NCBI GenBank assembly: GCA_902559905.1 | Contig: CACEJV010000001.1 | Location: 52,495-116,494, forward strand | DNA length: 64,000 bases | Source: an uncultured Bacteroidota bacterium | GTDB lineage: Bacteria; Bacteroidota; Bacteroidia; Flavobacteriales; Flavobacteriaceae | Direction of reading: 5' to 3' | In this document: positions 18,348 to 30,334 of the stretch, one piece after another | How positions within the stretch are numbered: position 1 is the stretch's first letter | Layout of the letters: each line of letters opens with the position of its first letter | The notes under the pieces: model-generated | Told to the model about the DNA's origin: nothing | Seen by the model: only the letters and a program-made list of their open reading frames with translations | The model's database searches: none | Translations under genes and position numbers: made by a program

Positions 18348-19883
18348 TTAAAGCTTTTTTAATAAACTTTTAAGTGTTAATTCACTATCAACAATAGATT
18401 TTAAATCTTCTATGTTTATTCTTTTTTGTTCCATTGAGTCCCTATCTCTTATTGTGAATGAATCATCTTCAATTGTTTGGTGATCAATCGTGATACAATA
18501 TGGAGTCCCAATTGCATCTTGTCTTCTATATCTTCTTCCAATTGCATCTTTTTCATCATAAACAAGATTAATCTTATGACTAAACTCATTCATAACTTTT
18601 CTAGCATATTCTGGAAGTCCATCTTTTTTGAGTAGTGGAAGAACTGCTAATTTGTTTGGAGCAATTTGCTTAGGTATACTCATAACATTTCTTGTAGATC
18701 CATCTTCTAGGGTTTCTAGTTTAAATGAGTTAGATATAATTGCAAGAAACATTCTATCTAAACCAATAGATGTCTCAAGAACATATGGTGTATAGTTCTT
18801 ATCTAATTCAGGATCAAAATATTGAATTTTCTTACCTGAAAGCTCCTCGTGGCTTTTAAGATCGAAATCAGTTCTTGAATGAATACCCTCAAGTTCTTTA
18901 AACCCAAATGGAAAATTAAACTCAATATCGCATGCAGCGTCAGCATAATGTGCAAGTTTATCATGATCATGGTATCTAAATAAACTTGGATCAATACCTA
19001 AATTTAAATGCCAGTTAAGTCTTTTATCTTTCCAATGATTAAACCAATTTTCCTGGGTTCCAGGTTTAATGAAAAATTGCATCTCCATCTGCTCAAATTC
19101 TCTCATTCTAAAGATAAATTGTCTGGCAACAATTTCATTTCTAAACGCCTTACCAGTTTGAGCAATTCCAAAAGGAATTTTCATTCTTGAGGTCTTTTGA
19201 ACATTTAAATAGTTTAAGAAAATTCCTTGAGCAGTTTCAGGTCTTAAATATAAATCCATACTTGACTCTTCAGAAGCTCCTAACTTAGTACTAAACATAA
19301 GGTTAAACTGTCTGACTTCTGTCCAATTACATGTTCCTGAAATTGGACATTTAATTTCCATATCGTCAATTATTTTTTTTACTTCTACCAAATCATCTTT
19401 TTCAAACGCTGATATCATTCTTGATTTTAATTCATTAATCTGATTTGTTATTTCTAAAATTTTTGGGCTAGTATTTAAGAACTGAACTTTATCAAATTTT
19501 TCTTTAAATCTTTTTTCAGCTTTTTGAACTTCTTTTTGAATTTTAGAATTTAGCTTTTCAATAAATTCTTCAATTAGAACATCAGCCCTATATCTTTTTT
19601 TTGAGTCCTTATTATCAATAAGAGGATCATTAAAAGCATCTACATGGCCTGATGCAACCCAAGTCTTTGGATGCATAAATATTGCAGAATCTATACCTAC
19701 AATATTTTCATTTAGCTGAACCATGGACCTCCACCAATATTCTCTGATATTATTTTTTAAAAGCACACCATTATGACCATAGTCATAAATTGCATTAAGG
19801 CCTTCATAAATTTCACTTGAGGGGAATATAAATCCATACTCTTTTGAGTGTGAAATAATTTTCTTGAATGAGTCTTTCTCCAT
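18348..19883 (-). CDS. glyQS: Glycine--tRNA ligase (alpha2 type)
   Basis: YLRPETAQGIF, FRNEI, REFEQME, IGRRYRRQDAIGTP. Confidence 0.95.
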   Translation of the reverse strand: MEKDSFKKIISHSKEYGFIFPSSEIYEGLNAIYDYGHNGVLLKNNIREYWWRSMVQLNENIVGIDSAIFMHPKTWVASGHVDAFNDPLIDNKDSKKRYRADVLIEEFIEKLNSKIQKEVQKAEKRFKEKFDKVQFLNTSPKILEITNQINELKSRMISAFEKDDLVEVKKIIDDMEIKCPISGTCNWTEVRQFNLMFSTKLGASEESSMDLYLRPETAQGIFLNYLNVQKTSRMKIPFGIAQTGKAFRNEIVARQFIFRMREFEQMEMQFFIKPGTQENWFNHWKDKRLNWHLNLGIDPSLFRYHDHDKLAHYADAACDIEFNFPFGFKELEGIHSRTDFDLKSHEELSGKKIQYFDPELDKNYTPYVLETSIGLDRMFLAIISNSFKLETLEDGSTRNVMSIPKQIAPNKLAVLPLLKKDGLPEYARKVMNEFSHKINLVYDEKDAIGRRYRRQDAIGTPYCITIDHQTIEDDSFTIRDRDSMEQKRINIEDLKSIVDSELTLKSLLKKL

Positions 19884-19949
19884 GAGTATATTGCAAAAAT
19901 AGTTCTTTTTACTATTTTAAATACTTTAATTTGTATTTGAATTTATTCA

Positions 19950-21584
19950 ATGAAGAATTTAGTTTACATATTATTTTCACTAATTATACTTTTTGGTTGT
20001 GCTAAAAGAGGAACCCCAACTGGTGGACCCAAAGACAGCATCCCCCCTATTTTAGTTAATGCTAGCCCAAAATTAAATTCAACAAATTTTGATTCAGAGG
20101 AAATTAGACTAACTTTTGATGAATGGATTAAACTGGATAAGGTTCAAGATCAATTAGTAATTTCTCCTCCATTAGAAAAATCATCTTATGAAATTAAACC
20201 TCTAACTGGAGTTACAAAGAAAGTGTTTTTAACTTTTTTGGATAGCTTAGAAGCTGAGACTACTTACACAATTAATTTTGGTAATAGTATTAAGGACAAT
20301 AATGAAAATAATCCCCTAACATTTTTCAGCTATACGTTTTCTACAGGGGAGACAATCGACTCTCTTTATGTTAGGGGGAATACTAAAGATGCATTTAGTC
20401 AAGAATCTGATGAATTTATATCACTTCAATTGTATCGCGTAGATTCATTATTTAAAGACTCCATAATTTTTCAAGATAAACCCACATATATTTCCAATAC
20501 ACTTGATTCAACTAATTACAAATTTCAAAATTTAAAAGAAGGAAAATATTTATTAATTGCATTAAAAGATGTAGATAATAATTATTTTTTTGATCCTTTT
20601 TTTGATAAAATTGGATTTATAGACTCACTGATAACTCTACCTAGAGATTCAGTTATTGATCTAAAACTTTTTAAAGAAGAAACTGAAATAATATGGGATA
20701 AGCCTCACTTTATTAATAGCGAAAAAATTGGATTTGGTTATTACGGAAAATTAGATTTAGATAAAATAAAAATTGAGTCTAATATTCCTGATTCAGTTAA
20801 TTATGTGTTTATAAAAGAAAAAGAAACTGATACTCTAAATCTATGGCTTTCAAGAAATAGCTTTGATTCATTGAATTTTAGTTTAATTGAGACTGATACA
20901 ACCAAACTTACAACGGTAAAATTTGATAGAAAAAGAGATAGTTTAATTGACTCTTTAAATATAAGTCCCAAGACAGTTTCCGTTATCCATCTAAAAGAGT
21001 CATTTAAGATTTCATCAAACATTCCGTTAAATAAGATTGAAGACTCACTTATTACTATCAGAGATATTGACTCACTTATTATACCATTTACAACAAGTAT
21101 TAACGATAGGTTAGATGGAATCGATATTGATTTTGAAGTTTCACCATCGGACGATTATAGTATATTTATAAAACCAAGAGCAATTAAAGATATTCGAGGT
21201 ACAGAAAATGACACCCTACAGTTTAATGTTGTTAGTCAAACTTTAGAAGATTATGGAAATGTTTTTCTTGATGTTATATCAAATAATGATTCTAAATATA
21301 TCCTTCACTTGTTAGACTCAAATTCTAATATTATCAGAGAGTTTAACAATGTTAATTCAAATTCAACATATATTTTTGATTATATAAGACCCGGAAAATA
21401 CACTTTTAGGTTAATTGAAGATCTAAACTCAAATGATATTTGGGATACTGGAAATTATTTAAAACAAGTACAACCTGAACCAGTATATTATTTTCCTAAT
21501 GAGCTTGATGTTAGGGCAAATTGGGATCTTAATGAAACATTTAATTTAAATCTTTTAAATTCTTTAAAAGATTCAATAAACTAA
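19950..21584 (+). CDS. Ig-like (Big_5) domain lipoprotein
   Basis: LFGC-AKRGTPTGGPKD N-terminus, YTINFG, WDTGNY..QPEP. Confidence 0.8.
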   Translation: MKNLVYILFSLIILFGCAKRGTPTGGPKDSIPPILVNASPKLNSTNFDSEEIRLTFDEWIKLDKVQDQLVISPPLEKSSYEIKPLTGVTKKVFLTFLDSLEAETTYTINFGNSIKDNNENNPLTFFSYTFSTGETIDSLYVRGNTKDAFSQESDEFISLQLYRVDSLFKDSIIFQDKPTYISNTLDSTNYKFQNLKEGKYLLIALKDVDNNYFFDPFFDKIGFIDSLITLPRDSVIDLKLFKEETEIIWDKPHFINSEKIGFGYYGKLDLDKIKIESNIPDSVNYVFIKEKETDTLNLWLSRNSFDSLNFSLIETDTTKLTTVKFDRKRDSLIDSLNISPKTVSVIHLKESFKISSNIPLNKIEDSLITIRDIDSLIIPFTTSINDRLDGIDIDFEVSPSDDYSIFIKPRAIKDIRGTENDTLQFNVVSQTLEDYGNVFLDVISNNDSKYILHLLDSNSNIIREFNNVNSNSTYIFDYIRPGKYTFRLIEDLNSNDIWDTGNYLKQVQPEPVYYFPNELDVRANWDLNETFNLNLLNSLKDSIN

Positions 21585-21589
21585 AGTTT

Positions 21590-22717
21590 ATGAAAAGAAA
21601 ATTTTTACTACTTATTCTGTTTTTTGTATCAAACTCATTTAGTCAAACAACTTATTTTCCAACAGAAAAATGGGAGACTAGACCTCCATCTGAATTTGGT
21701 TACAACGAAAAAAAAATAAACCAAGCAATAGATTTTGTTATTAAAAATCAAAACCCGGGAAACAAGGATTTAAGAGTTGAAATTTTAAAAGGATTTTCCT
21801 CCGAACCATATCATAGCATATTAGGTCCTACTAAAAAAAGAGATGAGACTAATGGATTAATAATAAAAGATGGTTACATAATTGCATCTTGGGGTGATAC
21901 TAAAAGAGTAGATATGACATTTAGTGTTACAAAAAGCTATTTATCTGCTGTAACTGGTATTGCTTATGATAATAAACTAATTAAGTCTGAAGAAGATTAT
22001 GTTTCAAATTATTTATGGGATAAAACTTTTAATGGTAACAAGAATAGTAGAATTACATGGGAACATCTTCTTAATCAATCTTCTGACTGGGCAGGAAGCT
22101 TATGGGGTATAAATGATTGGGAAGACAGACCAGATACCTCAAAAGAGATTGATGATTGGAGGTCAGAACCTCAAAAAGAACCAGGTACATTTTATAAATA
22201 CAATGATGTTAGAGTAAACGTTTTAGCTTATTCTCTTCTTCATGTTTTTAGAGAACCTCTTCCAAAAGTTTTAAAAAAATATATAATGGATCCAATTGGA
22301 GCTTCCAGTTCATGGAGGTGGTATGGATATGAAAATTCATGGATAAATTTAGATGGTGTAATGACACAATCAGTTTCTGGAGGAGGACATAATGGAGGGG
22401 GGATATTTATAAACTCTGAAGATCATGCAAGATTTGGTTTATTATATTTAAATAATGGTGTTTGGGATAACAAAAGAATTATCTCGAAAGAGTGGATTGA
22501 TAAATCCTTAAATCCTTCGACAACAAATCCTGAATATGGATTTATGTGGTGGTTAAATACACAATGGAATAATCTTCCTGATAACCTATATTATGGTAGT
22601 GGTTTTGGCGGGAACTATATTGTAGTTATTCCCGATGAAAACATGGTTGTTGTTGGAAGATGGTTAGGAAGAAATACTATTGGTGATTTTATAGAAATGA
22701 TTTTAAAATCTAAATAG
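21590..22717 (+). CDS. Secreted serine hydrolase, beta-lactamase family
   Basis: Signal peptide, TFSVTKS, YNDVRVN, ARFG, YGFMWW. Confidence 0.85.
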   Translation: MKRKFLLLILFFVSNSFSQTTYFPTEKWETRPPSEFGYNEKKINQAIDFVIKNQNPGNKDLRVEILKGFSSEPYHSILGPTKKRDETNGLIIKDGYIIASWGDTKRVDMTFSVTKSYLSAVTGIAYDNKLIKSEEDYVSNYLWDKTFNGNKNSRITWEHLLNQSSDWAGSLWGINDWEDRPDTSKEIDDWRSEPQKEPGTFYKYNDVRVNVLAYSLLHVFREPLPKVLKKYIMDPIGASSSWRWYGYENSWINLDGVMTQSVSGGGHNGGGIFINSEDHARFGLLYLNNGVWDNKRIISKEWIDKSLNPSTTNPEYGFMWWLNTQWNNLPDNLYYGSGFGGNYIVVIPDENMVVVGRWLGRNTIGDFIEMILKSK

Positions 22718-22718
22718 A

Positions 22719-23459
22719 TTAAAGCTTAGCTTTTAGAAATTCTTTATTCATCCTTGCAATGTTTTTAATTGATATTCCTTTTGGACACTCAACCTCGCAT
22801 GCTCCTGTATTAGTACAATTACCAAAGCCTTCTTCATCCATTTGCTTTACCATATTAAGAACTCTATCTTTTGCTTCGACTTGTCCTTGAGGTAAATATG
22901 AGAACTGGGATACTTTTGCTGATACAAAAAGCATTGCTGAAGCATTTTTACAAGTTGCAACACAAGCTCCACAACCTATACATGTAGCTGCATCAAAGGC
23001 ATTATCTGCATCTTCTTTTCTAATTGGAATTGTATTTGCGTCTTGTGTATTACCTGAAGTATTTATACTAATATATCCACCTGCATGTTGAATCCTATCA
23101 AAAGACTTTCTGTCAACAACTAAATCTTTAATGACTGGAAATGAACTAGCTCTAAATGGCTCAATAACTATTGAGTCTCCGTCTTGAAACTTTCTCATAT
23201 GCAGTTGACAAGTTGTGATTCCAGTATCAGGACCGTGAGCTCTCCCATTTATAAATAAAGAGCAACTTCCACAAATACCCTCTCTACAATCATGATCAAA
23301 TGCAACCGGGTCAACTCCTTCCATAATTAATTTCTCGTTTAAAACATCCATCATTTCAAGGAAAGACATATCAGGAGTTATTTCATCAATTTCATAATTT
23401 TGAAAAGATCCATTTGAATCTGCGTTAGTTTGTCTCCATATTTTTAAGTATAACTTCAT
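22719..23459 (-). CDS. sdhB: Succinate dehydrogenase/fumarate reductase Fe-S subunit
   Basis: [23 protein letters not shown]...CP. Confidence 0.96.
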   Translation of the reverse strand: MKLYLKIWRQTNADSNGSFQNYEIDEITPDMSFLEMMDVLNEKLIMEGVDPVAFDHDCREGICGSCSLFINGRAHGPDTGITTCQLHMRKFQDGDSIVIEPFRASSFPVIKDLVVDRKSFDRIQHAGGYISINTSGNTQDANTIPIRKEDADNAFDAATCIGCGACVATCKNASAMLFVSAKVSQFSYLPQGQVEAKDRVLNMVKQMDEEGFGNCTNTGACEVECPKGISIKNIARMNKEFLKAKL

Positions 23460-23479
23460 ATTAATACTTTACTAGTTCA

Positions 23480-25483
23480 TTATTTGTAAGATCTTGTTTT
23501 AATCTCTATATCTTCATACTCCAAGTCTTCTTTATGAAGTATTGGCTTTGAAGGATCATCATTATATTCCCAAGCTGAAACAAATTTAAATTTTTTATCA
23601 TCTCTTATTGCCTCTCCATCATCTGTTTGAAACTCTTCTCTAAAGTGTCCTCCACAGGACTCATTTCTTTCAAGAGCATCAATTGCAAATAGTTCCCCAA
23701 GCTCTAGAAAATCAGAGACTCTAGTTGCTTTAGCAAGTTGCTCGTTAAATTCATTTAATCCACCAGGTATTTTTACATTTTTGTGAAAGTCTTCTCTTAA
23801 TTCTTTGATTTCTTTTATAGCAGACTTTAAATCTTTTTCATTTCTTGACATACCACATTTATTCCACATTATTTTACCTAACTTTTTATGGTAATAGTCT
23901 ACTGATTTTTCACCTTTGTTTGATATTAGCTTTTTTAATTTTGCTGATATTTCTTTTTCACTTTTATCAAATTCCGGAAGATCAGTAGAAATTTCACCAG
24001 TACTAATTTCATTTGACAGATAATCTCCAATAGTATATGGTAATACAAAATAACCATCTGCTAATCCCTGCATTAATGCTGATGCACCAAGTCTATTAGC
24101 ACCGTGGTCTGAGAAGTTTGCCTCACCAATTGCAAAACATCCAGGGATAGATGTCATTAAGTTATAGTCAACCCATACACCTCCCATGGTATAATGAACA
24201 GCTGGATATATTTTCATTGGTAATTCATATGGATTCTCGTCAACTATTTTCTCATACATCTGGAATAAATTACCATATTTTTGTTTGACAATTTCCTTTC
24301 CTAGTTTAGACACTAACTTTGAGTCAGATGAATCAAGCCCGCTGACTTTTGCCTTCTCTTCACCATATCTTATAATAGCATGAGAGAAATCTAAGTATAC
24401 TGCTTCACCAGTTTTATTAACTCCGTAGCCATTATCACACCTCTCTTTAGCAGCTCTTGAAGCGATATCTCTTGGTACAAGATTTCCAAAAGCAGGATAT
24501 TTTCTCTCTAAATAATAATCTCTTTTATCTTCTGGAATATCAACAGGTGATAATTTTCCCTCCCTTATTAATTTTGCATCAGCTTTTTCTTTTGGCACCC
24601 ATATTCTTCCATCATTTCTTAGTGATTCAGACATTAGGGTCAACTTTGACTGATAATCACCTGAAACAGGGATACATGTTGGATGTATTTGTGTAAAACA
24701 AGGGTTAGCAAAAAAAGCACCTTTTTTATGAATTTTCCAGGCTGCAGATACATTACTTCCCATAGCATTAGTAGAAAGAAAGAAAATGTTTCCATATCCA
24801 CCAGATGCAATTACTACAGCATGTGCAGAGTGTCTTTCAATTTCACCATTAACTAGGTTTCTAGCAATAATACCTCGAGCTTTACCTTTTACAATAACAA
24901 TATCCATCATTTCATGTCTACTGTACATCTTAATTTTACCACGAGCAATTTGTCTGTTCATTGCAGAGTAAGCACCAAGTAGAAGCTGTTGACCTGTTTG
25001 ACCCTTAGCATAAAAAGTTCTTGAAACTTGCACGCCACCAAAAGATCTATTATCTAAAAGTCCACCATAGTCTCTAGCAAATGGTACTCCCTGTGCAACA
25101 CATTGGTCAATTATATTTCCTGAGACTTCAGCAAGTCTATAAACATTTGCTTCTCTTGACCTGTAATCTCCACCTTTTATGGTATCATAAAAAAGTCTGT
25201 AAGTTGAATCCCCATCACCTTGATAGTTTTTTGCAGCATTTATTCCTCCCTGAGCAGCAATTGAATGAGCTCGTCTTGGTGAATCTTGAAAACAGAATGA
25301 TTTAACATTATAACCGAGTTCAGCCAGAGTAGCAGACGCAGATGCACCAGCTAGTCCAGTCCCAACAACAATAACATCAATATTTCTTTTATTTGATGGG
25401 CTAACAAGGTTGATCTTTCCTTTGTGATTTGTCCATTTACCTGCTAAGGGGCCATTTGGTATTTTAGAATTTAATTTATTCAT
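23480..25483 (-). CDS. sdhA: Succinate dehydrogenase/fumarate reductase flavoprotein
   Basis: [35 protein letters not shown]. Confidence 0.96.
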   Translation of the reverse strand: MNKLNSKIPNGPLAGKWTNHKGKINLVSPSNKRNIDVIVVGTGLAGASASATLAELGYNVKSFCFQDSPRRAHSIAAQGGINAAKNYQGDGDSTYRLFYDTIKGGDYRSREANVYRLAEVSGNIIDQCVAQGVPFARDYGGLLDNRSFGGVQVSRTFYAKGQTGQQLLLGAYSAMNRQIARGKIKMYSRHEMMDIVIVKGKARGIIARNLVNGEIERHSAHAVVIASGGYGNIFFLSTNAMGSNVSAAWKIHKKGAFFANPCFTQIHPTCIPVSGDYQSKLTLMSESLRNDGRIWVPKEKADAKLIREGKLSPVDIPEDKRDYYLERKYPAFGNLVPRDIASRAAKERCDNGYGVNKTGEAVYLDFSHAIIRYGEEKAKVSGLDSSDSKLVSKLGKEIVKQKYGNLFQMYEKIVDENPYELPMKIYPAVHYTMGGVWVDYNLMTSIPGCFAIGEANFSDHGANRLGASALMQGLADGYFVLPYTIGDYLSNEISTGEISTDLPEFDKSEKEISAKLKKLISNKGEKSVDYYHKKLGKIMWNKCGMSRNEKDLKSAIKEIKELREDFHKNVKIPGGLNEFNEQLAKATRVSDFLELGELFAIDALERNESCGGHFREEFQTDDGEAIRDDKKFKFVSAWEYNDDPSKPILHKEDLEYEDIEIKTRSYK

Positions 25484-26136
25484 GCTGTAAGATTATGGAA
25501 TATCGCTATAAATACGAACCCTGCAGGTATTATTACTGAAAATAGGAAAGTACCTTTTTGAATTAAATTATAATACTTGGAATCAACTCCAACTGTTTTA
25601 AAAGAAGAACTAAAACCATGTAACAGGTGTAATGCTAAAAAAATAAAAGAGAAAGAGTAAATAGCAGTTTTTAAAGGACTTTCAAATTTGTGAACTAACT
25701 CTTCAAAATATCTATTAGGATCCTCTGGTAGAACTTCAACATATTTATAATTCATCTCAGGTATCCAAAAATCAATAAAATGAATTACTAAAAAAACCAG
25801 TATGACTCCGCCGCTAAAAATCATATTTCTAGAAATCCATGAAGAATTTGAACCACCAGAAAATTTTGAGTAATTATTTTTTCTTGACTTTGCATTTAAA
25901 ATTTCAAGGTAAAATCCCATTACAAAGTGGAAAATGACTCCAAATATCAATATTGGTTGAAGAACAAACTGTACTAAAGGATTAGTTCCCATAAAATGGG
26001 AGAGTTTATTGAATATATCCTCACTAAATACAGAAGTTACATTAATTAAAAAGTGTTGTGTTAAAAACACAACCAAGAAGAGGCCCGAAAGAGCCATTAA
26101 TATTTTTCGTCCAATCGAAGAACTAAATAATTTCAT
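25480..26136 (-). CDS. sdhC: Succinate dehydrogenase cytochrome b subunit
   Basis: [11 protein letters not shown], multiple TMs with His; first gene of the operon. Confidence 0.93.
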   Translation of the reverse strand: MKLFSSSIGRKILMALSGLFLVVFLTQHFLINVTSVFSEDIFNKLSHFMGTNPLVQFVLQPILIFGVIFHFVMGFYLEILNAKSRKNNYSKFSGGSNSSWISRNMIFSGGVILVFLVIHFIDFWIPEMNYKYVEVLPEDPNRYFEELVHKFESPLKTAIYSFSFIFLALHLLHGFSSSFKTVGVDSKYYNLIQKGTFLFSVIIPAGFVFIAIFHNLTA

Positions 26137-26181
26137 CTACATTAATTCTACAACAAAATTAATGCATAAACGTTTAAATAA

Positions 26182-28965
26182 CTACTGAATTTGGAATTCC
26201 TTTTCTAAATTATCGTTATCCGTAATAATTAAAACCTTATACAAACCTTTATCTAAATATTCATTATTATCCATTAAATCATAATTAACAAAGTTGAATC
26301 CCTTATCTAGTTTGCCTTCACTTTTGTATACATTATTTCCATTAGAGTCATTAATTGAAATATTATAATTAGTTGACAAAGATGAAAATAGAGTAATATC
26401 AAGCTTTGGAGCATAAGCTTGGCTCCAAATACTTCTTTGAACACCCCAAGAGTCAGACTTTTTTATGTTATTCAATGGATATATGTATAATGAAGATTCA
26501 AGTATTTCGTCTGATAAATCTTGGATTTTTTTAATATCAGCTAGATAGATTGATCTTCCATGTGTTCCAACTAATAAATGTTGTTCATCAGTCTGAATAA
26601 CTAAATCGTGCACAGCTGCAGATGTAAGACCTTTATTAAATGGCTCCCATGTTTTTCCTTGATTTAATGATATGTATACTCCATGGTCGTTTCCAACATA
26701 TAAAATGTTTTTATTCAGATTGTCCTCTATCACAACATTTATAGGAGAATCTGGTAGATTTGAACTTATAGACTCCCATGTTTTTCCATAGTTGTTACTT
26801 TTAAAAAGATAAGGTGAGAAGTTATCCCATCTATAACCATCCAGAGAAACGTAAATAACTTTCTCATCGTGATGTGAAGCATAAACATTACTAACCCATA
26901 GATCTTGTGGTAGGTTATCAGAGATATTCTTCCATGTTTTTCCACCATTTTTTGTTACATGAATAAGACCGTCATCACTTCCGACATATATTACTCCTTC
27001 TGTAACAGGGGATTCTGAAATTGTAGTAATTGTCCCATATGGCACATTCCCTTTTTTACCACCTTTGGTTAAATCTTCAGATATATTTTTCCAATCATCT
27101 CCTTGATTAGTTGACTTATGTAAGAAATTTGAGCCAAGATAAAGTACATCTTGATTATGTGGTGATAATAAAATAGGAGTCTGCCAGTTAAATCTAAAAG
27201 GGGACTGACCTAGTTCATGTATTGGTTTAATAGACTTTCTTTTACCGGAATCTAGATCTAACCTCGCGTAAAAACCAAATTGATATCCTGTAAAGACAAT
27301 ATTTGGATTTGTCTTATCAATTTGGATTTCCATTCCATCTCCACCTAGAATACCTTTCCATGGATATTGACCTGTCATGTTCCATCTTTTACTCTCCACT
27401 GAGTTATGAGGACCCATCCAGACCCCATTATCTTGAAGTCCACCATAAACATTATATGGCTTTTGATAGTCTACATTTATTGCATAAAATTGCCCAACTT
27501 CAGTAGAATTATTTTTTATCCAATTTTCTCCATCATCGTAAGTAATGTTTACCCCTCCATCATTACCATTTATTAAATGCCCTGGTTTTTCTGGATTTAT
27601 CCAGAGGTCATGATGATCAGCATGGACATTTTCCTTACCTATTCTGTAAAAGGTTTTTCCTCCATCATCAGAAGATAAAATTGGAACCCCATAAGTGTAT
27701 ATTTTTTCACTATTATTTGGATCAACATGGATCTTACCGAAGTAATATCCATAGGTATTATAAACTCCATCTAGATATGTATTATGTGTTTTAACCCATT
27801 TTTTTCCTCCATCATTGCTCCTATATACTTCTGCTCCAATTATTGGAGTGTCAAATAATTCAGAGTTTGCATTTACTAAATATTTATACAAATCTTCAGG
27901 TTGAAGTTTTCTATCATTAATATCTTTTTTAATAGCTTCAGGTTTATATTTAGATGGAAATCTATTAGATTTTAAAAAGGCTTTAAGATCATCAGTACTA
28001 ATCTTATTAAAGTTTTCTATTGTCATGCCTATAAAAGATTCTTTAGTTAAACCTTGATTTTCTTCTTTATCATTAGATTCTCTAAAGTTCTGATTATCTA
28101 CAACTGCATAAACTATATTTGTATCAAAAACTGCTAGTCCAATCCTCCCTATTCCAGGCCCAGTTGGAAAACCAGATTCATCATTAGATATTAAGCTCCA
28201 ATTATCTCCTCCATCAATACTTTTATATATACCTGAACCATTCCCATCTTCGTCAAATCTCCAAGCTTTTCTATCTTTTTCCCAAGATGTTGCATACATT
28301 ACATTGAAGTTTCCTGGAGTATCAGACATATCAATAATTCCACTTACATCATTTACATATAATGTCCTGTTCCAGTTTTCCCCACCATCTTTAGTTACAT
28401 ATACACCTCTATTAATATTATTTGAATATAAGTGTCCGGTAACTCCAATTACTACATGATCAGAATTTTCTGGATTTATTAAAATTTTTCCAATATGATG
28501 ACTATCATGTAAACCAACATTTTTCCAGTTTGAACCATCAGCATTTGTCTTTAATATTCCTATACCAGAATATGAGGATCTTGAGGAATTATTTTCTCCT
28601 GTTCCAACCCATAATATTCCATTACCCCAATCCATTGCAATTTCTCCAATATTTTGAGTTGGCCATTCATCAGAAATAGATTGAAATGATGTTCCATTAT
28701 TATCTGTATACCATACTCCCCCTGAAGCATAAGCAACATAGAATTTTGTGGGGTCTTGAGGATTAACCTCCAGTGCAACAACTCTTCCACTCATAATTGT
28801 TGGCCCGATATTTTTAAATTCGATATTTTTAACTCTAGATGATTGGACTAAAATCTCTTTATCCTTGTAGGCCTTAATTATACTTTCAGCATCTGTTGGA
28901 TTTGGTTGAGAAAACATAACAACAGAACTTATTAAGCTTAAAGAAATTGGCAAAAACTTTTTCAT
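26182..28965 (-). CDS. Secreted BNR/Asp-box (VPS10/sortilin-like) beta-propeller protein, putative glycosyl hydrolase
   Basis: Many S/T-x-D/N-GG-x-x-W repeats; VHADHH, YGGLQDNG, GTHGRS. Confidence 0.8.
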   Translation of the reverse strand: MKKFLPISLSLISSVVMFSQPNPTDAESIIKAYKDKEILVQSSRVKNIEFKNIGPTIMSGRVVALEVNPQDPTKFYVAYASGGVWYTDNNGTSFQSISDEWPTQNIGEIAMDWGNGILWVGTGENNSSRSSYSGIGILKTNADGSNWKNVGLHDSHHIGKILINPENSDHVVIGVTGHLYSNNINRGVYVTKDGGENWNRTLYVNDVSGIIDMSDTPGNFNVMYATSWEKDRKAWRFDEDGNGSGIYKSIDGGDNWSLISNDESGFPTGPGIGRIGLAVFDTNIVYAVVDNQNFRESNDKEENQGLTKESFIGMTIENFNKISTDDLKAFLKSNRFPSKYKPEAIKKDINDRKLQPEDLYKYLVNANSELFDTPIIGAEVYRSNDGGKKWVKTHNTYLDGVYNTYGYYFGKIHVDPNNSEKIYTYGVPILSSDDGGKTFYRIGKENVHADHHDLWINPEKPGHLINGNDGGVNITYDDGENWIKNNSTEVGQFYAINVDYQKPYNVYGGLQDNGVWMGPHNSVESKRWNMTGQYPWKGILGGDGMEIQIDKTNPNIVFTGYQFGFYARLDLDSGKRKSIKPIHELGQSPFRFNWQTPILLSPHNQDVLYLGSNFLHKSTNQGDDWKNISEDLTKGGKKGNVPYGTITTISESPVTEGVIYVGSDDGLIHVTKNGGKTWKNISDNLPQDLWVSNVYASHHDEKVIYVSLDGYRWDNFSPYLFKSNNYGKTWESISSNLPDSPINVVIEDNLNKNILYVGNDHGVYISLNQGKTWEPFNKGLTSAAVHDLVIQTDEQHLLVGTHGRSIYLADIKKIQDLSDEILESSLYIYPLNNIKKSDSWGVQRSIWSQAYAPKLDITLFSSLSTNYNISINDSNGNNVYKSEGKLDKGFNFVNYDLMDNNEYLDKGLYKVLIITDNDNLEKEFQIQ

Positions 28966-29030
28966 AATTTTTAATTTTACCTTTAATTTAAAAACATTAT
29001 ATTAAAAAAGAGTTAATTGATAAAAATAAA

Positions 29031-30323
29031 ATGAGATATACTCCACTGAGTAATTCAATATACAAAAGGAACAGAAGGAATTTCATGAATGAAATGAAGG
29101 GTAATTCTATGGCTGTTTTCAACTCTAATGATATATATCCAGTAAGTGCTGATTCAGAACTACCTTTTGAACAACATAGAGATATTTTTCATCTAACAGG
29201 TATTGATCAAGAAGAAACTATATTATTGTTGTATCCTCCATCAAAAGATGATAAGACAAGAGAAATACTATTTATAAGAAAGTCAGACAATCATACTAAA
29301 GTTTGGGAAGGTGAGAAATTAAGTAAAAAACAGGCAAATGAACTATCTGGTATTGATAGCATATACTTTATTGATGATTTCAAAGATATCCTTAGTTCAA
29401 TTGCAACTAAAGTTGATACTTTTTATATAAATAAAAATGAGCACTATAGAGCAAATTCTCCAGTTGAAACTAGAGAGGATAGATTTATTTCATGGCTATT
29501 AAAAAATTACCCTGCTCACAATGTTGCAAAAAGTAATCCAATTCTTCAAAGACAAAGATCTATTAAGCACCCAGATGAAATTGATCAAATAAAAAAAGCA
29601 TGTGATATAACAAGGAAAGGATTCAACAGAGTCTTAAAATTTATTAAACCTGGTGTATGGGAATATGAAATTGAAGCAGAGTTTATTCATGAATTTATTA
29701 ATAGCTCATCTAAAGGTTTTGCATATTCTCCAATTATTGCCAGTGGAAATGATAATAATGTCCTTCACTATATAAAAAACAATAAGCAATGTAAAAGTGG
29801 GGAATTAATATTAATGGATGTGGGAGCAGAATATGGAAATTATTCTAGTGATATGACTAGAACTATTCCTGTGTCAGGGAAATTTACAAAAAGACAAAAG
29901 GAAATTTACAATGCTGTTTTAAGAGTTAAGAATGAAGCTACTAAATTGTTAACTGTTGGTAACAATTGGAAATTATTTCATGAGCAAGTAGGAGAAATTA
30001 TGACAAAAGAGTTGCTTGAAGTAGGACTCATTGATAAAAATGATATAAAAAATCAGACAAAGAAGAACCCTGCTTACAAAAAATATTTTATGCATGGTAC
30101 TTCACATCACCTTGGACTAGATACTCATGATTATGGACTTCTTGAAGACCCATTCCAAGAGAATATGGTTTTTACTGTGGAACCTGGAATATATATTCCT
30201 GATGAAGGTTTTGGAATAAGGCTGGAAGATGACGTAGTGATTCAATCAAAAGGTGCACCAAGAAATCTTATGAGTGATATTGTAATAGAAGCCGACGAGA
30301 TTGAGGATATGATGAACAAATAA
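29031..30323 (+). CDS. pepP: Xaa-Pro aminopeptidase (M24B)
   Basis: MDVGAEY..YSSDMTRT, HGTSHHLGLDTHD, EPGIY, GIRLEDD. Confidence 0.92.
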   Translation: MRYTPLSNSIYKRNRRNFMNEMKGNSMAVFNSNDIYPVSADSELPFEQHRDIFHLTGIDQEETILLLYPPSKDDKTREILFIRKSDNHTKVWEGEKLSKKQANELSGIDSIYFIDDFKDILSSIATKVDTFYINKNEHYRANSPVETREDRFISWLLKNYPAHNVAKSNPILQRQRSIKHPDEIDQIKKACDITRKGFNRVLKFIKPGVWEYEIEAEFIHEFINSSSKGFAYSPIIASGNDNNVLHYIKNNKQCKSGELILMDVGAEYGNYSSDMTRTIPVSGKFTKRQKEIYNAVLRVKNEATKLLTVGNNWKLFHEQVGEIMTKELLEVGLIDKNDIKNQTKKNPAYKKYFMHGTSHHLGLDTHDYGLLEDPFQENMVFTVEPGIYIPDEGFGIRLEDDVVIQSKGAPRNLMSDIVIEADEIEDMMNK

Positions 30324-30334
30324 CAATCAATACT

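Noticed and set aside
16456..22717. The two SxxK proteins as antibiotic-resistance beta-lactamases
   Set aside because: Motifs fit the broad serine hydrolase family; nothing specifies beta-lactam activity
2101..28790. Short ORF-track entries inside larger genes (2101, 5895, 6681, 8005, 15174, 15337, 18803, 19008, 20801, 24457, 24786, 25081, 26766, 27303, 28560)
   Set aside because: Overlap well-supported CDSs in other frames or strands, with no recognisable motifs
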